A stretch of 36,646 nucleotides of DNA from an uncultured Candidatus Saccharibacteria bacterium (GTDB lineage: Bacteria; Patescibacteriota; Saccharimonadia; CAILAD01; BJGX01). The position numbers were made by a program, and so were the translations under genes. Of this stretch, positions 30,580 through 36,646 are shown in pieces. Where the stretch lies: positions 1-36,646 of the forward strand of contig CAZKFZ010000007.1 of the NCBI GenBank assembly GCA_964552475.1. The letters run 5' to 3'. Every line of letters begins with the position of its first letter. Positions within the stretch are counted from its first letter, which is position 1. The notes beneath the pieces are model-generated. The model was not told where the DNA came from. It searched no databases and saw only the letters and a list, made by a program, of their open reading frames with translations.

Positions 30580-32589
30580 ATGCTCAATGCAAGACGGGAG
30601 GGTAATTTAAGGTTGAAACCAGTTACGCAAAAAATTCAGATTATTGAGCCAGGCACTTCTCTTCTTGGCCATATAAGAACGTTTGTTTTCCAAGAACTTG
30701 GAGATCCGAAAGACCAAGTAGGATTGGAGAATATTTTTTGTATACTCACCATATGGGCGCCTGAAGATGATGTTTTAGACATCTATCATCACTGCACTAA
30801 AATGCTGGTTAAACACTTTCAGTCTAAGTTAGATGGTGTATCGGTACAGATAAGATACAATAATGCTCTAAGTGAAGTTAATAAGGCACTTAAACAGCTA
30901 GATATATATTATGCTAAAAATAAAAAGAGATTTCATGTCGAGGGCATTATTGGTGTTGTGTTGCCTACACAAGCATGGCTAAGCTCCTGTGGTGAATCAC
31001 AGGCCTACTTATGTAGAGAAAATGGCTGTAAGAAATTATTTAATGAATCCAATCATCAGAAACCAAACATATTTCATCGATCGGTTATTGTTAATACTCA
31101 GATAAACGACCACATAATACTAACTAGTAGTCGATTTAGTGATAGAGTACCAAAAACCATATTACAAAATTTTATCAGTTCAGAAAATCAACGCTTTGAA
31201 CAATTTAAAAATGAAATAGTGAGCTTAGAAAGTTCTAATTTAGCCGCTATATCAATAACCTTAAAAGTAGTAAAAAAAACCGCAGAAGAACCTATAGCCC
31301 CGGACACAAAAACTATATCAAGAAAAATTAATAATTCTTCAAGGCTTGAAACGTTTAAGCATGTATATACTTTAGTTATAAGTCGTATTGGTAAAGTAGG
31401 TAAAAAGATATTTCAACCTATTGGTGAAGCGTTTAAGTTGCTTTGGAACATGCTGTGGAGTAAGTACATCAATACCAGACCTTTGTTGTCGTTGACTATT
31501 TTTAGCATATTAGTTGTTATAGTTATTACCCTGATATCTTATTTTGTTATCTATAATCCACACAACCAATCACTCCATAGTAATTACATGCAAATGCAAA
31601 AGGAATTAACTTTAATAGAATCTCTAAGTAGCTCCAATAAAACCCTCGCACTCCAGAACATTAATAAGCTAAGAGATAGTATTAATAATCTGCCACCGAA
31701 AGATCGTCAAGCCATAAATAGTATTGAATCGAAAGCAAAACAACCAACTCTTGACGATTTGCTTGCAAAAATAGTTGTTATAGAAGACAAGATTAATAAC
31801 GTCTATCGCTTGACGCCGGTAGAGGTCTATTCAAGTTCTAAAGAAGCAAAATACACTGTGTCTGCTATACTTGGTGACAACCTATACACCGTAGATACCT
31901 TAAGTGGTGATGTGTTAGCTATCAACATTAAAGGTTCGACATCTAAAATTATTGCTTCTAAACCAGAATTGAAATTCGCAGAGAATATTTCGACAGGGTC
32001 TGTAAATACCCTGCTAATATCGGTTAAAAACGATATCTATCAAGTAACAACAAGTGGTGAAGTGACTAAACAAGCTAACACAAGCGGTAATTGGCCAACG
32101 AGTAAAGAGATCACTACCTTTGCTAACAGTCTGTATTTGCTCAGCCCTGAGAACGACCAGATATATAAGTTTAGTAAGCTAACAAATGGTTATGGACCTA
32201 AATCAAACTACATAAAAAACTCTTCAGCAGGCTTACTAAACGGTGCGTCTGGTATGGCTATTAATGGTGGAGTATTTGTGAGTTTAGAGTCGGGTAATAT
32301 ACTTTATTTCAACCAAGGTATTCAAAAAGATTTTTCAGTCACCAATCCTCCAACAGATATGCAAAACATTAATGGCATCGCCTTCTCAGAAGATCCAGAT
32401 AAGCTCATTTTACTCAATACATCAAAAAGTGCCTTTATAGTGCTTACGGTATCAGACACAGGAGCACAGTACGATAAAGAAGTAGTTGTAAACGAAACAA
32501 CGGATATTTCTAGCTTTGTTTTATCAAATAATAATAAAGATGTATATTTTACAACTAATAAATCAGTGTACAAACTAACTATTTTCTAG
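30580..32589 (+). CDS. single-pass membrane protein with a cytoplasmic degenerate PP2C-like domain, a TM helix and an extracytoplasmic beta-rich repeat domain
   Basis: The 669-aa ORF has a central TM helix LLSLTIFSILVVIVITLISYFVIY. The N-terminal segment GVVLPTQAWLSSCGESQAYLCRENGCKKLF weakly resembles the PP2C core but lacks the DGxGG metal motif. The C-terminal ~270 aa consist of short repeated beta-strand-like units. The start codon is uncertain. Confidence 0.7.
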   Translation: MLNARREGNLRLKPVTQKIQIIEPGTSLLGHIRTFVFQELGDPKDQVGLENIFCILTIWAPEDDVLDIYHHCTKMLVKHFQSKLDGVSVQIRYNNALSEVNKALKQLDIYYAKNKKRFHVEGIIGVVLPTQAWLSSCGESQAYLCRENGCKKLFNESNHQKPNIFHRSVIVNTQINDHIILTSSRFSDRVPKTILQNFISSENQRFEQFKNEIVSLESSNLAAISITLKVVKKTAEEPIAPDTKTISRKINNSSRLETFKHVYTLVISRIGKVGKKIFQPIGEAFKLLWNMLWSKYINTRPLLSLTIFSILVVIVITLISYFVIYNPHNQSLHSNYMQMQKELTLIESLSSSNKTLALQNINKLRDSINNLPPKDRQAINSIESKAKQPTLDDLLAKIVVIEDKINNVYRLTPVEVYSSSKEAKYTVSAILGDNLYTVDTLSGDVLAINIKGSTSKIIASKPELKFAENISTGSVNTLLISVKNDIYQVTTSGEVTKQANTSGNWPTSKEITTFANSLYLLSPENDQIYKFSKLTNGYGPKSNYIKNSSAGLLNGASGMAINGGVFVSLESGNILYFNQGIQKDFSVTNPPTDMQNINGIAFSEDPDKLILLNTSKSAFIVLTVSDTGAQYDKEVVVNETTDISSFVLSNNNKDVYFTTNKSVYKLTIF

Positions 32590-32596
32590 TGATAAA

Positions 32597-34303
32597 CTAC
32601 ATTTTTTGGGGTATTTTAAGACCCATTATTTCAAAACAGAGCTTGGTTGCAGAATATACTAAATTATTTATTGCCAATCTATTAGTTAACACCTTGTTGT
32701 CTGTTATTACCTGGTGAGTATGGTAAAAACTATTGTAAAGCCTGCAGAGTTTGTAGCAATAATGAGCAACCTCACTAGGTTGATAATTAAGTACAGCTTT
32801 TTCAAAAACTTGGTCAATTTTGCTAATCTCTAGTATCAACTCTACCTCATTTTTATCAAGCTCTTGAGATTGACTAGCCGACTCATCTACTCTTTCTGCT
32901 AAAGCAGCCTTATTTTTTACAGACAACATCCTAACAGCGCTGTAGGCCAAATATGGAGCACTATCTCCCTCTAGAGCAAGGGCGCTATCCCAATCAAAAG
33001 TGATATTTGAAAGCCTGTTTTGGTGTAGAATAGTGTACTTTATTACGTTAATTGTAAGCAGCTCGGTTAGTTCTACTTGATCATTTTCGCTTAGATCTTT
33101 AGATAGAGAAACTATCTGACTTTTTACCTTAGACTTAACAAGTTCCAAGAAATCTTCTACCAATACAATATTACCTTTCCTGGTACTCATACTTAAGTCT
33201 TTAAAGCTCATCCTGCCGAATGCTACATGCACGTTTTGAGCTTTTGTTAAATCTAGCTTGTGCGCTACTTCATATACCTGTTTAAGCTGTAAGGTCTGCG
33301 CAATATCTACTACATTCACCATTAGATCTGGTTGCCAATTCTCTTGCCAGTACTGTACTCTGGCGAGATCTCTAGTAAGATATAGACTAGTACCGTCACT
33401 CTTCTGAATAAGAGCTGGTGGTTCGTCAGGATTATCTAGTGGGCATATCAGGGCACCTTGGCTGGCTTGGAATATTTTCTTTTGTTTACCTAGATTAATA
33501 ATCGATTCGAGTTTATCTTCATAGAAGCTCTCGCCGTGAAAGTAATCAAACTCCACATCTAGCTTTTTGTATATATCTAGCATTCCAGCCATGCTCCAAT
33601 CTTGAATTTTCTTCAATAGAGCTCGGCTTTGCGGATCACCCTCTTCAAGTAGCTTGTACTCGTGTCGGCCAGCATCATCTAGAGTATCATCAGAATCAGC
33701 TAAAATATGAAACTTCACATACAACTTTAGAAGTTCAGGTATGGGGTTTTCTTCTATTGCGCCTAAATCGCCCCAGGTCTTTATGGCATGAATTAGCTTT
33801 CCAAACTGCGTACCCATATCCCCTACAAAGTTGTCAGCAACTACATTGTAACCAACTTGCTTGTATAGTCTTTTTATTGAATCACCGATAATAGTAGACA
33901 AAAGGTGATGCACCCCCATGGGTTTTCCAATGTTGGGATGAGAATAGTCTATAATCATTTTTTTACCATCACCCATCTTACCTATATAAGCCGGCAGATC
34001 TTGTAGTGTGGTCTTTAGATTCTCCAAAATAATATCATCGCTCAATCTAACATTAATAAACCCGGGCTTTACTACCTCTAGCGAGGCTATACTTGGATGA
34101 TTACTTAGTGACGTCACAAGCTTATCGGCTATTGCCATGGGTGACATTTTAAGGTTTTTGGCAGAAACTAGACCGATATTACTAGTAAAATGACCAAACT
34201 TAATGTCGCAATATTCTATCTGTACGGTAGCATTAGTACCTACAAACTCTTGGTTGTAGGCTTCTTGGAATATTGACTGTACATGTGTAGTTAACGAATT
34301 CAT
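32597..34303 (-). CDS. argS: arginine--tRNA ligase
   Basis: The 568-aa ORF contains SHPNIGKPMGVHHL (HIGH region), MSTRKG, and a C-terminal DALR-type anticodon-binding domain. Confidence 0.95.
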   Translation of the reverse strand: MNSLTTHVQSIFQEAYNQEFVGTNATVQIEYCDIKFGHFTSNIGLVSAKNLKMSPMAIADKLVTSLSNHPSIASLEVVKPGFINVRLSDDIILENLKTTLQDLPAYIGKMGDGKKMIIDYSHPNIGKPMGVHHLLSTIIGDSIKRLYKQVGYNVVADNFVGDMGTQFGKLIHAIKTWGDLGAIEENPIPELLKLYVKFHILADSDDTLDDAGRHEYKLLEEGDPQSRALLKKIQDWSMAGMLDIYKKLDVEFDYFHGESFYEDKLESIINLGKQKKIFQASQGALICPLDNPDEPPALIQKSDGTSLYLTRDLARVQYWQENWQPDLMVNVVDIAQTLQLKQVYEVAHKLDLTKAQNVHVAFGRMSFKDLSMSTRKGNIVLVEDFLELVKSKVKSQIVSLSKDLSENDQVELTELLTINVIKYTILHQNRLSNITFDWDSALALEGDSAPYLAYSAVRMLSVKNKAALAERVDESASQSQELDKNEVELILEISKIDQVFEKAVLNYQPSEVAHYCYKLCRLYNSFYHTHQVITDNKVLTNRLAINNLVYSATKLCFEIMGLKIPQKM

Positions 34304-34364
34304 GATTATCTACATTATAACCAATTTAGTAGTCTATAGCACATCATATTCAACTGGTCTGCGG

Positions 34365-34370
34365 TATAAT
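34365..34370 (+). promoter_or_regulatory. -10 box placed for a leaderless smpB transcript
   Basis: The plus strand reads TATAAT, then 7 nt (ATTAATT), then ATG at 34378. Confidence 0.4.
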
Positions 34371-34377
34371 ATTAATT

Positions 34378-34824
34378 ATGAAGATAGTAGCCACAAACAA
34401 GCGAGCTCATTTTGACTATGATATAAGCGAAAAAATGACTGCGGGCATAGTTTTAGCCGGACATGAAGTAAAAAGCGTCAAAAGGGGTGCAGTGAGCTTA
34501 AAAGGTAGCTTTGTTAGTTTTACTGGAGACGAAGCTTATTTAACCAATGCCCATATTACCCTTTACAAACAAGCTGCAAACATCAAAAGTTACGACCCAA
34601 CAACATCTAGAAAGTTATTGCTTCACCGTAAAGAGCTAGATAGATTGTTAGGTGCTCTCAAATCTGAAGGTAAGACTGCGGTGCCCACTGCTATAGGTAT
34701 AGACAGAGGCCTTGTAAAGGTTGAGATTGGCATAGGTAGAGGTAAAAAGCGACACGACAAACGTGAGACTATTAAAAAAAGAGATATGCTTAGAGACCTA
34801 GAAAAAGATATTAAAAAACGTTGA
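34378..34824 (+). CDS. smpB: SsrA-binding protein SmpB
   Basis: The 148-aa ORF contains NKRAHFDY, GIVLAGHEVKS, LLLHRKEL and a basic C-terminal tail. Confidence 0.95.
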   Translation: MKIVATNKRAHFDYDISEKMTAGIVLAGHEVKSVKRGAVSLKGSFVSFTGDEAYLTNAHITLYKQAANIKSYDPTTSRKLLLHRKELDRLLGALKSEGKTAVPTAIGIDRGLVKVEIGIGRGKKRHDKRETIKKRDMLRDLEKDIKKR

Positions 34825-35012
34825 GTTGCATACATTATTAGTACATTGAAGTAGTTTTATATAATATTTTTTTTAGTATATATCATAATTTATATCTGTA
34901 ATGTTATAGCAAATACACACACATATAGTGCTTAAACATAAGTTATATGTATTATATTATTATATTAAACTTAAGTTCTATATATATTTGTGATATTATA
35001 ATCATAACAACT

Positions 35013-36035
35013 ATGAAACCCTCCCCCTTATCACTACAAGATATAGCAAAGCACCTAATGAAGGCTCCTAAGGGTCTGTTGGCAGCAGATGAGAGTAATA
35101 ATTCTTGCGATAAAAGGTTTACAGCTCTTGGCATAAGTACCGATGAAGACACTAGGCGTATCTATCGTCAATTACTATTTACAACACCTAACTTCGCACA
35201 ATATATTAGTGGCGTTATCTTATACGATGAAACCATTAGACAAAAATCCGATAATGGCATACTTTTTACTCACCTATTTCAAGACCTAGGGGTTATTCCG
35301 GGTATCAAAGTAGATTCCGGCTTGGTAGATCTTACCAACTTCGAAGGCGAGACCATTACGGGAGGCCTGGATGGGTTACCAGATAGACTCTCTGAGTACT
35401 ACGAAATGGGTGCGAGATTTACAAAGTGGCGAGCCGCATTTTCTATAGACGAACAAAACAGGCTTCCCTCCTTAACAGCAATTCACGCCAACCTCAACCA
35501 GATGGCCCGATACGCTACCTTGGCACAAGCAGCCGGTATGGTACCGATAGTGGAACCGGAAGTAATTTTTGCAGGTAAACACGACATAAAAACTAGCGAA
35601 GAAGTTACTTCTCTGGTATTAAGAGTATTATTTGACATTTTAAAAGCTTACCGAGCGGATTTGAGCGGACTGATATTAAAAACCAGTATGGTGCTAGCTG
35701 GCAAAGATCATACTGTTCAATCTACGCCCGAAGAGGTTGCCCACTCTACTTTAAGAGTACTAAGAGAGCGAGTACCGAAAGAAACTGCTGGAGTAGTTTT
35801 TCTATCTGGAGGACAAACTCCTAAGCAGGCTACCGCCAATCTTAATGCTATTAGTTTGGGTGGTAAGCAGCACTGGCCAATCACCTTCTCATTCTCTCGT
35901 GCCGTACAAGAACCCGCCTTAAAAGCATGGGGTGGTAGATCTCAAAACATTACTAAAGCCCAAAAGCTTTTTGTTGAACGTTTAGCTGCAAATTCTCTTG
36001 CCAGAATGGGCAAATTAGCCATTAAAAATACTTAG
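35013..36035 (+). CDS. fba: fructose-bisphosphate aldolase, class I (eukaryote-type)
   Basis: GLLAADESNNSCDKRF, IPGIKVD and the Schiff-base lysine region LILKTSMV match class I aldolase. I place the start at ATG 35013 (MKPSPLS...), because the 22 aa added by the track ORF are AT-rich read-through. Confidence 0.9.
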   Translation: MKPSPLSLQDIAKHLMKAPKGLLAADESNNSCDKRFTALGISTDEDTRRIYRQLLFTTPNFAQYISGVILYDETIRQKSDNGILFTHLFQDLGVIPGIKVDSGLVDLTNFEGETITGGLDGLPDRLSEYYEMGARFTKWRAAFSIDEQNRLPSLTAIHANLNQMARYATLAQAAGMVPIVEPEVIFAGKHDIKTSEEVTSLVLRVLFDILKAYRADLSGLILKTSMVLAGKDHTVQSTPEEVAHSTLRVLRERVPKETAGVVFLSGGQTPKQATANLNAISLGGKQHWPITFSFSRAVQEPALKAWGGRSQNITKAQKLFVERLAANSLARMGKLAIKNT

Positions 36036-36092
36036 TTATTATTCAATCAAAAAAAGTTATAAAAAAAGTCAAAAAATCTTTGAAAAAAGTTG

Positions 36093-36122
36093 TTGACAAG
36101 GCTTATGCTTACGGGATATGAT
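36093..36122 (+). promoter_or_regulatory. candidate sigma70-type promoter with no downstream ORF
   Basis: The plus strand reads TTGACA (36093-36098), an 18-nt spacer, then TATGAT (36117-36122). Confidence 0.45.
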
Positions 36123-36129
36123 GTATGTA

Positions 36130-36275
36130 GTGCTGCACACTAAAATTACTCAAAACAAAAACAAAGCTCTTTTCAACAGATTGGCGAAGCTCTCAAGGCG
36201 ACGCCAATTTGTTTTCAAAAACTAAATTTAGAAACCAAAAAAAGCACCACAAAAAAAATGGTGCTTTTTATTTTG
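36130..36275 (+). ncRNA. candidate small RNA (~145 nt, A-rich)
   Basis: The candidate lies between the promoter at 36093-36122 and the terminator at 36243-36275. It has an internal 7-bp hairpin (36180-36186/36202-36208) and no convincing ORF. Confidence 0.3.
36243..36275 (+). terminator. rho-independent terminator
   Basis: AGCACCA (36243-36249) and TGGTGCT (36259-36265) form a hairpin followed by TTTTATTTT. Confidence 0.6.
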
Positions 36276-36295
36276 TTCAAAAAATATTCGTATAT

Positions 36296-36333
36296 AAAAA
36301 AAACAGACTCTTACAAACGAGTCTGTTTTTTTT
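36296..36333 (-). terminator. bidirectional rho-independent terminator downstream of the RRM gene
   Basis: ACAGACTC (36303-36310) and GAGTCTGT (36319-36326) form a hairpin. It is flanked by an A-run (36296-36303) and a T-run (36326-36333), so a U-tract follows the stem on either strand. Confidence 0.7.
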
Positions 36334-36356
36334 ATATATCGCAACTGCAATTTTAC

Positions 36357-36614
36357 TTAGTCGCGTGGTTGTTGCGGACGAGCTTCAGAAACGGTAATGG
36401 CACGGCCATCAATTTCTTTGCCGTTAGTAGCTTCTATTACAGCATTTAGATCTGCACTTTCAGCTAATTCGACAAAACCGAATCCTTTGCTACGACCATT
36501 CATACGATCGGTGATAACGTTTGCAGAAACAACTTCTGCACTTTCACCAAATATTTCAGCAAGCTGCTCAGATGTAACACTGTATGGCAGATTGCCAACA
36601 AATAACTTTTTCAT
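36357..36614 (-). CDS. RNA-binding protein with a single RRM domain
   Basis: The 85-aa ORF has RNP-2 LFVGNL and RNP-1 KGFGFVE. Confidence 0.92.
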   Translation of the reverse strand: MKKLFVGNLPYSVTSEQLAEIFGESAEVVSANVITDRMNGRSKGFGFVELAESADLNAVIEATNGKEIDGRAITVSEARPQQPRD

Positions 36615-36646
36615 GTATTTAGATGGTTCTTTCTTTTAATAATCTT

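Noticed and set aside
34947-35012. A 22-aa N-terminal extension of the aldolase ORF (MYYIIILNLSSIYICDIIIITT)
   Set aside because: It is a translation of AT-rich promoter DNA with no similarity to class I aldolase N-termini. A TATAAT box lies inside it, 10 nt upstream of ATG 35013.
1-36646. CRISPR arrays, tRNA genes, transposases, integrases, prophage or toxin-antitoxin modules
   Set aside because: I found no regularly spaced direct repeats and no GGTTCGA-type T-arm contexts that form a cloverleaf. No ORF showed recombinase, transposase or phage structural signatures. The window looks like core chromosome with lineage-specific envelope genes.

Overview
This is an AT-rich, tightly packed bacterial window read with the standard genetic code; TGA is a stop at 27176, 27685 and 34822. 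It holds 27 protein genes, 24 of them on the minus strand, and the 5' end of a 16S rRNA gene runs off the left edge. Recognisable housekeeping genes are gyrB-gyrA, pheS-pheT, trpS, argS, smpB, rmuC, a class I fructose-bisphosphate aldolase, an RRM RNA-binding protein, a UvrD-type helicase-nuclease, an L,D-transpeptidase and a divergent PAP2 protein. They are interleaved with many secreted or membrane proteins of unknown function. The small intergenic gaps, two LPRTG sortase signals, the L,D-transpeptidase and the eukaryote-type aldolase suggest a reduced-genome Patescibacteria/CPR organism with a Gram-positive-type envelope, possibly Saccharibacteria-like. That taxonomic guess is an inference and has not been verified. 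The points most worth a second look are listed here. (1) PheT carries a ~160-aa NlpC/P60-like cysteine-hydrolase domain inserted inside its B5 domain. (2) A ~525-nt ORF-free transcription unit at 23868-24394 has a consensus promoter, a terminator and a GC-enriched, highly structured core that I could not assign to RNase P, tmRNA, SRP or T-box RNA. (3) Four consecutive genes (1786-6347) encode secreted proteins; three of them share an Asn/Ser/Thr/Gly-rich module I do not recognise. (4) A lone VirD4/TraD-like coupling ATPase lies among an LPRTG/PKD surface protein, small membrane proteins and an L,D-transpeptidase. (5) A helicase-nuclease is translationally coupled to an HExxH metalloprotease. 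(6) A recurrent TATAAT-N6/7-ATG layout implies leaderless mRNAs. I found no CRISPR array, tRNA, transposase or integrase.
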